This document shows positions 55,339 to 64,000 of a stretch of DNA of 64,000 nt, one piece after another. A model generated the notes under the pieces. It saw only the letters and a list, made by a program, of their open reading frames with translations. It did not search any database and was not told the DNA's origin. Positions within the stretch are counted from its first letter, which is position 1. Each line of letters opens with the position of its first letter. The DNA is from an uncultured bacterium (GTDB lineage Bacteria > Oederibacteriota > JAAXVQ01 > JAUVAV01): the NCBI GenBank assembly GCA_963710755.1, contig CAVQBK010000003.1, positions 1,184,001-1,248,000 of the forward strand. The letters are read 5' to 3'. Made by a program: the position numbers and the translations under genes.

Positions 55339-55983
55339 ATGGCGCAAGCAGTTATATTTGATTTGGACGGTGTAATTGTGGATACGGCCAAATTTCATTA
55401 TGAGGGTTGGAAAAAATTGGCCGACGAGCTGGGTGTGCCTTTTGACGAGAAAGCCAATGAAAAATTACGGGGTATCCCCCGCCGGGAATCATTAATCGCC
55501 ATGCTGGGCTATACTCCGGACGAAGATAAAATTAAAGATTATACAGACAGGAAGAACAATTATTATTTGGAAAAAGTCAAGACGCTGAAACCAAAAGACA
55601 CCCTGCCCGGGGCCAGAGCATTGATCGACAATCTCAAAGCTGCCGGCTTTAAAGTGGCCGTGGCTTCTTCTTCCAAGAATGCACGGCTGGTGCTTGATTT
55701 GCTGGAGATGACGTCCATCTTTGATGCTATCGTGGACGGCAACGAAATAAGCCAAGGCAAGCCGGATCCGGAATTGTTTCTCAAGGCTGCGGCCATGCTC
55801 CAAGTGGAGCCCGCTCACTGTCTGGTGGTGGAAGACGCAGCCTCCGGCGTGGACGCTGCCCTGGCCGGCGGCATGAAAGCGCTGGGGTTGGGCCAGCCTG
55901 ACACTTTGGGTAAAGCCCAGCGGGTAGTGGATAGCCTGGAAAAAATTGATGTTACAGCAGTAAAAGCCTTGATCGCCGGCTGA
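55339..55983 (+). CDS. pgmB: Beta-phosphoglucomutase (HAD family)
   Basis: IFDLDGVIVDTA..HY..W, NE.LRG..R.ESL, ASSSKNA, KPDPE.F, VEDA..G. Confidence 0.88.
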   Translation: MAQAVIFDLDGVIVDTAKFHYEGWKKLADELGVPFDEKANEKLRGIPRRESLIAMLGYTPDEDKIKDYTDRKNNYYLEKVKTLKPKDTLPGARALIDNLKAAGFKVAVASSSKNARLVLDLLEMTSIFDAIVDGNEISQGKPDPELFLKAAAMLQVEPAHCLVVEDAASGVDAALAGGMKALGLGQPDTLGKAQRVVDSLEKIDVTAVKALIAG

Positions 55984-55984
55984 C

Positions 55985-57271
55985 TTGGTCACGCCCCGGC
56001 ATGAGGACAACACTTTTGATTTTGAGATGCTCATGACCAGATCCTTTAAAGATGCGCCCAGACCATTAAAGATAATACCTCAACTGCAATCCTATGTCTG
56101 GGGACAGCCGGCAATCCATTCCTCCATTTTAAAATTCCTCGATCAACCAGTGGCCAAGGGCAGGGTGCAAGGCCCAATTGCCGAACTCTGGGTGGGCACC
56201 CATGCCCAGAATCCGGCTTTGGTGGAGAACGATGGTCAAGTCATGACCTTACAGCAACTGATAGAGGAAGAAGCTACGGCTATTCTCGGACCTGACCAGC
56301 AAGACATGCCTTATATGTTTAAAATCCTTGATGCCGGGGCGGCCCTCTCCTGGCAGCTGCATGAACAGGGGGAAGCGTTTGCCAAACCGGAGACTTGGAC
56401 TTTTCTGCTGACACCGGCCCTACTGGCAACAGGCTACGATGGAGTAGTGCTTGAATTGTACATCGGCTTCCGCCGGCCCGAGGACATGGATCAAGGGCAA
56501 TTGGCGGCTTTTATTAAGGCCAGTCGGGATCACCAGGATCTGGCCGGTCACTACCAGCAGCACTATCATCAAGTGCTGAAGGGCAGTATTAATGATCCCC
56601 AAGGGGAGCAGGTCAAGGCATTCAGCAATCATATTCAGGTAAAATTGGAAGCGGGTCAGGCGGAATTATATCTTAACGGTATTAAACAACCGCTGGAGGT
56701 AAAGGCCCATGTGGGGCTGCTGGACGGTCATCTCACGGTCAATATCCCCGCAGGCACAGTGCACGCTTTGATCAAGGGAATGGTCTTTGAAGTACAAAAA
56801 GCTGTGGACAAGACCCTTCGCCTCTATGATCATGGCCGCTGCCATCCGGAGCGGCCGTTGCATATCGACGAAGCGCAAACGCAAATGGATTTTCAACCAC
56901 GGGCAGCCTTGGACTTCATTTCCCGACCTATACGCCAGCAAGCAGGCGGGGTCAATTTGGTGCTCACCTCGGTCTATACGGTGGACCTTTTTATTCTGGG
57001 CCGCAAGCAGGAACAAAAATCGCTGACCTGTGACCTTCATGAGCGTGGTCAGCTGCTGGTGGTTGTGCAGGGGCAAGGTACCCTGACCAGCACTGCCGGC
57101 GTCCAAACCATGAAGGCAGGGGACATTCTTCTTATACCGGCGGCACTGGGGCATTACACCTTGGCCAGTGAAAACCATCTGGACGTTCTTAAAATCGCGG
57201 TGCGTCACCACTCTAACCCCGGGGAAGAAGAAGTTGTGCGTCAGCGCGGTCATGAGTTCTGGGAGAAATAA
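55985..57271 (+). CDS. manA: Type I mannose-6-phosphate isomerase-like cupin (divergent, with insertion)
   Basis: YVWG, AELWVGTH, KILDA...LSWQLH, KPETW, IPAGTVHAL, EVQ...D.TLRLYD.GR...RPLH; true start may be 56027 or 56033. Confidence 0.7.
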   Translation: MVTPRHEDNTFDFEMLMTRSFKDAPRPLKIIPQLQSYVWGQPAIHSSILKFLDQPVAKGRVQGPIAELWVGTHAQNPALVENDGQVMTLQQLIEEEATAILGPDQQDMPYMFKILDAGAALSWQLHEQGEAFAKPETWTFLLTPALLATGYDGVVLELYIGFRRPEDMDQGQLAAFIKASRDHQDLAGHYQQHYHQVLKGSINDPQGEQVKAFSNHIQVKLEAGQAELYLNGIKQPLEVKAHVGLLDGHLTVNIPAGTVHALIKGMVFEVQKAVDKTLRLYDHGRCHPERPLHIDEAQTQMDFQPRAALDFISRPIRQQAGGVNLVLTSVYTVDLFILGRKQEQKSLTCDLHERGQLLVVVQGQGTLTSTAGVQTMKAGDILLIPAALGHYTLASENHLDVLKIAVRHHSNPGEEEVVRQRGHEFWEK

Positions 57272-57285
57272 TCAAAGGAAAAAGC

Positions 57286-58941
57286 ATGCTTAAATTCGGT
57301 ACCAGCGGTCTTAGAGGCCTGGTCACGGAGATGACCGACAAGGAAGTTTTTATTAATACACGGGGCTTCATGGCCTATCTTATTCAGCATGGCCTGATCA
57401 CAGCCGGCGATGAGGTGTTCCTGGCCGGTGACTTGCGTCAAAGTACAGCTCAGATCTTGCTGGCGGTGGCCGCCGCGGTAAAGGATAGTGGCCACAAGAG
57501 CCGCTATGCCGGCCGGTGCCCAACACCGGCGCTCATGGCCTTCGGGCTGCACCAGCACCGGGCCAGCATTATGGTCACAGGCAGCCATATTCCAGGAGAC
57601 CGCAATGGCATTAAATTTAATAAACCGGATGGTGAAATTTTAAAAGCCGATGAACCGGCTATTTTAGATGCAGTGCACCAGTGGCGCGAACAAGTGGGAC
57701 AAGACCCGTATGCGGACTGGTTCGACCAAGGGGGGAAGTTTCGAGTGCCTCCCCAGGAGTTGCCGCAGCCCGATGCTGCGGCGATGGCTTTTTATGAGCG
57801 CCGCTATCTTGAGTTTTTTCCGGCCGGGATGCTGGCGGGCAAGAAAATCGTGGTGGATCAACATTCCGCCGTAGGCAGGGATTTCCTGCCCAAACTGCTG
57901 ACGGCCTTGGGCGCCCAGGTGGTGACCGACGGCCGCACTGATTATTTTGTGGCCATTGACACTGAAAATGTCACCGCCGAAGCACAGGCGCGCTTCCGGG
58001 CCCTGGCTCAAAAGCACCGGCCCTTTGCCATTGTGTCCACTGATGGGGATAGCGACCGGCCATTTATCCTGGATGACCAGGGACGGTTTTATCGCGGCGA
58101 CCTGGTGGGCGCCATGGTCGCCTCCTATTTACAGGCCCGTTTTGCCGCCTTGCCCATAAGCACCAACGACGCGGTGCTGCGTTTTTTGGAACAAAAGGGC
58201 ATTGCTTATCAATTGACCAAAATTGGTTCGCCCTATGTGATTGCCGCTATGAACGGGGCAGCCCAAGAGGGTGAGGAGCAGGTCGTGGGCTGGGAAGTTA
58301 ACGGCGGATTTATGACCGCCACGGCTTGCCAAAGAGAAGGGCGGTTTTTGGAATCTTTACCCACGCGCGATGCCCTGTTGCCGATCCTGGTGGTGCTCTA
58401 TCTGGCCGTGCAAGCAGGCGGCCTGGACAAGGTTTTTGACCACCTGCCGCAACGGTTTACCCAAGCCGGGCTGCTTGACCATTTTTCTGTGACCGTGGCC
58501 AAAACCATCATCACCACTTTATCTTCTCCAGAACAGGCCGCCCAGGAAGTTTGCTTTGAACAGGCACAGCAAGCGTTCCTTAATCCGCCCCATGCACCCC
58601 GGCAAGCGCCTTTTCAGCCGGCCTCAGCCTTGAGCCCACAGGCTTTTTGGAGCACCGGGCCCCATGAGCCGGCGATTATCAAAGCTACTTTGGAAGCACA
58701 TTATTTTACGCCTGAGCTTGGCTTTGACAATATTAAGGCGATTAATTGGCTTGATGGCGTGCGGCTTTATTTCCATAACCATGACATTGTGCATATCCGG
58801 CCATCGGGCAATGCACCTCAATTAAGACTCTATGCCAACTGCGATCACCAAGAGCGCGCCGATGCTATTGTGACCCAAGGCTTGGCCTCCGGGGGTATAC
58901 TGCGCCAGATGGAACGGGATATCGCCGAAGCCAAGGCGTGA
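57286..58941 (+). CDS. manB: Phosphomannomutase/phosphoglucomutase
   Basis: FGTSGLRG, TGSHIP (phospho-Ser), NGIKF, DGDSDRP (metal loop), GWEVNGG, RPSGNAP. Confidence 0.88.
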   Translation: MLKFGTSGLRGLVTEMTDKEVFINTRGFMAYLIQHGLITAGDEVFLAGDLRQSTAQILLAVAAAVKDSGHKSRYAGRCPTPALMAFGLHQHRASIMVTGSHIPGDRNGIKFNKPDGEILKADEPAILDAVHQWREQVGQDPYADWFDQGGKFRVPPQELPQPDAAAMAFYERRYLEFFPAGMLAGKKIVVDQHSAVGRDFLPKLLTALGAQVVTDGRTDYFVAIDTENVTAEAQARFRALAQKHRPFAIVSTDGDSDRPFILDDQGRFYRGDLVGAMVASYLQARFAALPISTNDAVLRFLEQKGIAYQLTKIGSPYVIAAMNGAAQEGEEQVVGWEVNGGFMTATACQREGRFLESLPTRDALLPILVVLYLAVQAGGLDKVFDHLPQRFTQAGLLDHFSVTVAKTIITTLSSPEQAAQEVCFEQAQQAFLNPPHAPRQAPFQPASALSPQAFWSTGPHEPAIIKATLEAHYFTPELGFDNIKAINWLDGVRLYFHNHDIVHIRPSGNAPQLRLYANCDHQERADAIVTQGLASGGILRQMERDIAEAKA

Positions 58942-59147
58942 AGGTGCACGTATTAAAGGCCGATTTAAAAAAAGCTTGTGATTAGAGAAAAATTGCTTTA
59001 AACTCTTCGCTCAGAATCACTACGGTGCCGCCTGCTAAAGGATATTTAGCAGGCTTTTTAATAAGTTAATAATAAATAAAATTCCATTCGACTCGAATTC
59101 CCTGCGGCTTGCCGCGGCTTCATTTTTTCAATTGAAGGAGTGTTTCC

Positions 59148-62100
59148 ATGCTGACTCTGAAAGACAGTAATGCGCTCAAGAAGATTAGCTTAAGCAACAA
59201 ACAGGGCCTGACCTTTGAATACCTGGAAAATGGATCGCTCTATGCCATGAAGCATGAGGACATCCTGATCAATCAGCTTTTGGGAACACCCTTGGAGAGC
59301 AGTGTTCAGAACATTTACCTTCGTCTTCAGCAAGGGTCGGGTTATGTGACGACACCCCTCCTAGGCCCGCAGTCACCGAGTACCTTTTATCATTCCGATC
59401 AGCAGTTGCGTTGGACAGGCAGTTTTAAAGGGGTGACCTACAGTTGTGCACTAACGCTCGCGTCCAAAGACAAGGCCTGGTTTTGGTCGGTGGAATTGGA
59501 GAACACGAACGCTCGGTCCATGACGGCGGATCTAATGCTCGTCCAGGACCTGGCCTTGGCCAATGCCGGTGCCGTGCGTTTGAATGAAGCCTATGTGAGC
59601 CAGTACATTGATCATACGGTGTTAAAACACGCCCAGCGGGGCTTTGTCCTCAATGCCCGGCAGAACCAGGCTCAGGGCAAATGTTTTCCGGCCGTAGCCC
59701 ACGGCTGCTTGGGCAAAGGCATTGGGTTTGCCACCGATGGTTTTCAGTTTTACGGTCTTGATTATAAAGAGACCAATAAGCCCCAAGCCTTGAAAGAAAA
59801 AAAACTACCCAATCAAGTTCTGCAATATGAGTTTGCCATGGCGGTGCTTCAATGCGCGCCCTTGACCTTGACCAAAGCCAAGCCGCGCCACACCGGCTTT
59901 TTCGGATATTACAACAACCATCAACCGCAAGCCACGTCCGGCCAACTGCTGGCGCAGATTGACCGTGTACTAAGTCAGGCGTCCCGGGGAACAGCAGCTA
60001 AGCATCGGGAAACGCAAATTACCCAATCGCGATCGCTCTTTGACCAAAGCCCGCTGTTTCAAAGCCAGGAGCTTACACCGCGGGAGATAGAGCGCTTTTT
60101 TCCGGGAGCTAAAAGGCATATTGAAAAAAAGGGTAATAAAACTCATTCCTTTTTCTATAGTGATCACTATTATGTGGCGTTTAAAGCCAAGGAACGCTTA
60201 AGCGAGCGTCCCCACGGTCATATTCTGCGTTCCGGCCGTGACCTGACCCCCAGTGATCACATTTTGTCCACCACCGCCTTTATGACCGGACTGTTTAATG
60301 CCCAGGTCACGGTGGGCAATACTTCCTTTAACAAGTTGATCGGGGTGACACGCAACCATCTCAATGTGCTTAAAAGCAGCGGTCAACGCTTGTTCATTAA
60401 GACCAAAAACGGCTATGAACTGCTGGGAATGCCCTCGGCTTTTGAAATGGGGCTTAATCATTGCCGTTGGATTTATAAAAGTCGTAACCTTACGGTGATC
60501 GTGAAAACCTGGACGTCTATGGACCTTCCCGCCTGCTTTACCGAAGTCAGTTTTGAAGGCAAGGTCAAAGCCGAAGTATTGTTAACCTATCAAATGGTCA
60601 TGGGCAACAATGAATGGGATGCAGCCGGTCGCCTCAACATTGACAATAAAACCAAGCGGGTCGAATGCCTGAGCGCCCAATCGGAATTGATGGCACGTCA
60701 ATATCCACAAGCGGCCTTTTATGTTTTACCGGCTGCCAAGAGCAGCATTGCAGCGGTCGGTGGTGATGAGTTGTTGTTTCAAGACGGCCAACGCCGGGCT
60801 TATCCCTATCTGGTATTTAAAAGCAATCCGGTTAAGTCCATCACCATGATCATGACCGGTAATGTGGTCAACCGTAAAGAAGCGCAAGCCCAGGCTCAAA
60901 CCATGGCCAAGGCTGTGATGCCCTATGCCAAAACATTGGCCCTGGCCCACGAGTATTGGAGCAGCTTCTGCAATCAAGCCGTCCTGGCTATCCCCAAAAA
61001 GGGGACGGGGTTGGAACGGCTCGATGATATTCTCTATTGGTATTTCCACAATGCCATGATTCACTACCTTACACCCCATGGATTGGAACAATATAGCGGT
61101 GCAGCCTGGGGCCTGCGCGACGTCTGCCAAGGTCCGGTGGAAATGCTGGTGGCCACCAGAAATTACGGCACCTTGAAACAGGTGCTCAAGATGATCTTTA
61201 GTCATCAATTTGCAGAAACCGGTGATTGGCCGCAATGGTTTATGTTTGACCGGTATCAGGAAATCCAGGCACCTGACAGCCATGGCGACATCATAGTCTG
61301 GCCCATCAAAGCAGTATGCGATTATATTGAACACAGCAATGACACCGCTATCCTGAAAGAAAAAATCCCCTATACTTCGGAAAAAACGAAGCGCATGCTC
61401 AAGGAGAAGGTATCTTTACTAGCCCATATCCAAAAAGAGATTGCCAAGATCAAAGCCAACTGCGTTCCTGGCACGGCGCTGATTAGCTATGGCCATGGCG
61501 ATTGGGAAGACACCCTGCAGCCGGCTGATCCGGAAATGCGTAAAAAAATGATCAGCAGCTGGACTGTGGAGTTGACCTACCAGACCCTCCGCCGTTTCAG
61601 CCGCATTTGCCGCAAGCTCAATGAGGCTAAGCTGGCGGATGACCTCGATGCTTTTACTGAAAAAATGAAGGTGGATTTCAACACCTATCTGGTCAAAAAC
61701 AAGGTGGCTGCGGGGTTGGTATTTTTTCACAGTAAAAAAGATATTGAATACATCCTTCATCCTGATGATCAACGCACAGGCATTAAGTATCGGCTGCTGC
61801 CCATGACCAGGGGCATGATCAGTGAGCTGTTGAGCAAGCCTCAGATGGAGCACCATTACCGGCTGATTAACCGGCATTTGTTGTTTCCCGACGGCGTGCG
61901 GCTTATGGAAAAGCCCATTCCCTACCGCGGTGGCATTGAAAAACACTTCAAACGGGCGGAAACAGCCTCTTGCTTCGGACGGGAAATCAGTCTGCAATAT
62001 GTGCATGCCCATATTCGCTATATCGAAGCCTTGGCCAAAATCGGCCAGCCGGAAGCCATTTATAAGGCCTTACTTGCCATCAACCCCATTGATATCCGGC

Positions 62101-62576
62101 AATCGGTAGCCATGGCCACTGCCCGTCAGAGTAATGCTTATTTCAGCAGTTCCGACGCTGATTTCAAAGACCGCTATCAAGCCCAAAAGGAATTTTGGAA
62201 AATCAAGAAAGGCCAAATTGGCATCAGGGGCGGTTGGCGGATTTATTCCAGTGGCCCTGGCATCTATCTTCACCAGCTCATTGCCAACTTTCTGGGCCTG
62301 CGGGAATGGTTTGACAAGGTTGTCATCGACCCGGTAATGCCAAAGACAATGGACCGCTTAACCTTTGCCTTTAATTTTGGGACCAAGAAAGTCACCTATT
62401 GCTATCATGTCAAAGGTCAGGGCTACAGTCCGTCCCAGGTCATGATTAACGGGAAAGCAGTAAAGGAATTCAACTATTTGGATAATCCCTACCGTACTGG
62501 TGGTATGGCCATTGATAAGCAGTTGTTTGATCGCATGTTAAATGCCAAGTCCAACCGGGTTGATGTTTTTATCTAG
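59148..62576 (+). CDS. GH94 glycoside phosphorylase, most like 1,2-beta-oligoglucan phosphorylase
   Basis: 1142 aa; NEAYVSQYIDH, ERPHGHILRSG, HYLTPHGLEQYSGAAWGLRDVCQGP, WPQWFMF, SHGDI, YGHGDWEDTLQP, FGREISLQYVHAH, GGWRIYSSGPG. Confidence 0.85.
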   Translation: MLTLKDSNALKKISLSNKQGLTFEYLENGSLYAMKHEDILINQLLGTPLESSVQNIYLRLQQGSGYVTTPLLGPQSPSTFYHSDQQLRWTGSFKGVTYSCALTLASKDKAWFWSVELENTNARSMTADLMLVQDLALANAGAVRLNEAYVSQYIDHTVLKHAQRGFVLNARQNQAQGKCFPAVAHGCLGKGIGFATDGFQFYGLDYKETNKPQALKEKKLPNQVLQYEFAMAVLQCAPLTLTKAKPRHTGFFGYYNNHQPQATSGQLLAQIDRVLSQASRGTAAKHRETQITQSRSLFDQSPLFQSQELTPREIERFFPGAKRHIEKKGNKTHSFFYSDHYYVAFKAKERLSERPHGHILRSGRDLTPSDHILSTTAFMTGLFNAQVTVGNTSFNKLIGVTRNHLNVLKSSGQRLFIKTKNGYELLGMPSAFEMGLNHCRWIYKSRNLTVIVKTWTSMDLPACFTEVSFEGKVKAEVLLTYQMVMGNNEWDAAGRLNIDNKTKRVECLSAQSELMARQYPQAAFYVLPAAKSSIAAVGGDELLFQDGQRRAYPYLVFKSNPVKSITMIMTGNVVNRKEAQAQAQTMAKAVMPYAKTLALAHEYWSSFCNQAVLAIPKKGTGLERLDDILYWYFHNAMIHYLTPHGLEQYSGAAWGLRDVCQGPVEMLVATRNYGTLKQVLKMIFSHQFAETGDWPQWFMFDRYQEIQAPDSHGDIIVWPIKAVCDYIEHSNDTAILKEKIPYTSEKTKRMLKEKVSLLAHIQKEIAKIKANCVPGTALISYGHGDWEDTLQPADPEMRKKMISSWTVELTYQTLRRFSRICRKLNEAKLADDLDAFTEKMKVDFNTYLVKNKVAAGLVFFHSKKDIEYILHPDDQRTGIKYRLLPMTRGMISELLSKPQMEHHYRLINRHLLFPDGVRLMEKPIPYRGGIEKHFKRAETASCFGREISLQYVHAHIRYIEALAKIGQPEAIYKALLAINPIDIRQSVAMATARQSNAYFSSSDADFKDRYQAQKEFWKIKKGQIGIRGGWRIYSSGPGIYLHQLIANFLGLREWFDKVVIDPVMPKTMDRLTFAFNFGTKKVTYCYHVKGQGYSPSQVMINGKAVKEFNYLDNPYRTGGMAIDKQLFDRMLNAKSNRVDVFI

Positions 62577-62607
62577 CGTTGTGTCTCATATTAATGCAGG
62601 AATATTG

Positions 62608-62701
62608 GTCATTGCGATCAAAGCCAAGCAGTCTCGGTGTTTATAAACGGTTTTGGTTCAAACCGGATTGCTTTGTCGCTCAAAACCTTCCTCGCCATGA
62701 C
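62608..62701. repeat. Palindromic intergenic repeat (GTCATTGCGA...GATTGCT...TCGC.ATGAC type)
   Basis: Ends GTCATTGCGA / TCGCCATGAC are complementary except at one position; inner AAGCAGTC / GATTGCTT arms. Confidence 0.55.
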
Positions 62702-63107
62702 TTTAACAAGCTACCAATAGCGTTAGATACTACGCTAGATCGTTATGATTTCGGGAAAGTAAACCTCCATGGTGCTGTATCATCTATGCGGCATTAAAAT
62801 GCGCTTTTGTAGGGTACTGACATGTCTGCACCCTACGTTTCAATATTCCGTTTGCCTTATAGCTGGACATTCCTCTTTGCATAACAGTAACCAGTCAAGC
62901 ACCTTCTGATGACCAAGGTGGCGAAAGGATCGCTTGCTCTCCTGAGCCATCACTTGCCTGATCAATGCTGGCTTTTAAAATAATTTACATAAAAAATACT
63001 TTTAAAAATAACAAAATAATTATAATTTAATCGTCATTTGCCTACTTTTTATGATAACATGATTAAAGTAACCACATTTTTTTAAAAGGGAAAATGCACC
63101 TTGTTTT

Positions 63108-63124
63108 TGTTTCGAAACGAAACA
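63108..63124. promoter_or_regulatory. Palindromic operator-like site TGTTTC-N5-GAAACA upstream of paralog 3
   Basis: TGTTTCGAAACGAAACA; matches the arms and spacing of 40889-40905. Confidence 0.45.
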
Positions 63125-63288
63125 AGCGCTGGATTTAATTTCTAATTAAAGAAAAAATTCGGCCAATATATTTGACGGCCTATTTTTTTGGTGATATTTT
63201 TTATTATGAAAAATAGCTTGGGAAATCATTAGGACATCATTAAGTCAAAAACACATTCTGCGGTCCAGAGTTGTGGAGGGGAATAAAT

Positions 63289-64000
63289 ATGACAAAAGAT
63301 GTAACAACACCCAAAAATCCCATGGAAAATCAGGATGATTTACTTTCCATGCAGGCGTGGCACCATCCAAAACGCAACCTGTTAACCAAGATAATCACCT
63401 TAATGATCACCGTGACCTTCGTGTTTCCCCTCGTCACCTGGGCTTTTGATAAAACCAATTACCAACCTCAAGATTATATTCCCCTTAAATACAATGCCAA
63501 AGACCTGATTGTACCCGATCAATACGCGAAAATTCATGATTCCCACCAGGCCGGTCAACAAGTGGTGGTGCTGGTACAAAATCTGCATTGTAACTATGAC
63601 GTGCAGATGAACATTGCCCATATTATTGATTATTTATCAGGCCACTATCGCTTGAAATTGGTGGGCGTAGAAGGCGCCAGCACAGCCCTTAATACCACCA
63701 AGCTGGGGACTTTCCCAGTGAAAGAAGTCAAGGAAGATGTGGGCAAGAGTTTGGTGCGCCAGGGACAAATGACAGGCGCTGAATATTATGCTGCCACGGG
63801 TGCCCATAAAATTTTGCTGGAGGGCATCGAAGATCAAGCGCTGTATGAACACAACCTGGACACAGTGCATGAGTTTTTAAATGCCGAGAGCCAGGGCTAT
63901 TGTTATGATCTGCGTGAATTGCTCGATGGTCTCAAGTCCAACATTTACAATCCCGCTTTGCTTCGTTTTGACGAACAACAAGCTTCCTACCGTGAAGGCC
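63289..64000 (+). CDS. Paralog 3 of the giant-protein family (N-terminal ~237 aa, runs off window; not in ORF track)
   Basis: GGAGG RBS. Manual translation MTKDV...WHHPKRNLLTKIITLMITVTFVFPLVTWAF...VQNLHCNYDVQMNIA...VGVEGA...VRQGQMTGAEY...GIEDQALY...FLNAESQG has no stop before 64000. Confidence 0.9.
   Translation, partial: MTKDVTTPKNPMENQDDLLSMQAWHHPKRNLLTKIITLMITVTFVFPLVTWAFDKTNYQPQDYIPLKYNAKDLIVPDQYAKIHDSHQAGQQVVVLVQNLHCNYDVQMNIAHIIDYLSGHYRLKLVGVEGASTALNTTKLGTFPVKEVKEDVGKSLVRQGQMTGAEYYAATGAHKILLEGIEDQALYEHNLDTVHEFLNAESQGYCYDLRELLDGLKSNIYNPALLRFDEQQASYREG

Noticed and set aside
55199-55375. 58-codon alternative-frame ORF in the pgmB leader
   Set aside because: No clear RBS, overlaps the pgmB start, and has no recognisable motif.
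62895-62940. CTGATGA...GAAA suggesting a hammerhead ribozyme
   Set aside because: Stem II lacks the closing G-C pair, there is no matching stem III or UH cleavage triplet, and CTGATGA sits in the loop of a competing CACCTT/AAGGTG hairpin.

Overview
Bacterial chromosomal window, almost entirely + strand, from a lineage I cannot name from sequence alone (MurE has the meso-DAP-type DNPR motif). The housekeeping backbone is leuB (partial), cspA, asd, truA, rplM-rpsI and a near-complete dcw cluster (mraZ-[STAS]-rsmH-ftsL-ftsI-murE-murF-mraY-murD-ftsW-murG-murC-[no intact murB]-ddl-ftsQ-ftsA-ftsZ-amidase). It continues with glgA, tRNA-Glu, lepB, nfeD-floA and a sugar-phosphate cluster (beta-PGM-like HAD, PMI, PMM, GH94 1,2-beta-oligoglucan phosphorylase-like). 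The most striking feature is a family of three dispersed paralogous genes: 7810-16014 (2734 aa), 41037-50453 (~3140 aa), and one starting at 63289 that runs off the window and is missing from the ORF track. All three share a signal-peptide-like N-terminus (PxVT[WF]AF) and an N-terminal domain (~450 aa in the complete copies) with a Tiki/TraB/ChaN-like H-E-R-H motif order. The two complete copies share C-terminal motifs ending RR..AxAA but have unrelated, membrane-studded middles: LysM plus internal repeats in one, degenerate UDP-sugar and GDP-mannose pyrophosphorylase-like domains in the other. Two of the three share upstream DNA motifs. Intergenic spaces hold several families of short palindromic or MITE-like repeats, many inside the dcw cluster. 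No CRISPR array, transposase or integrase was seen. All product calls are motif recognition by eye, without database searches.
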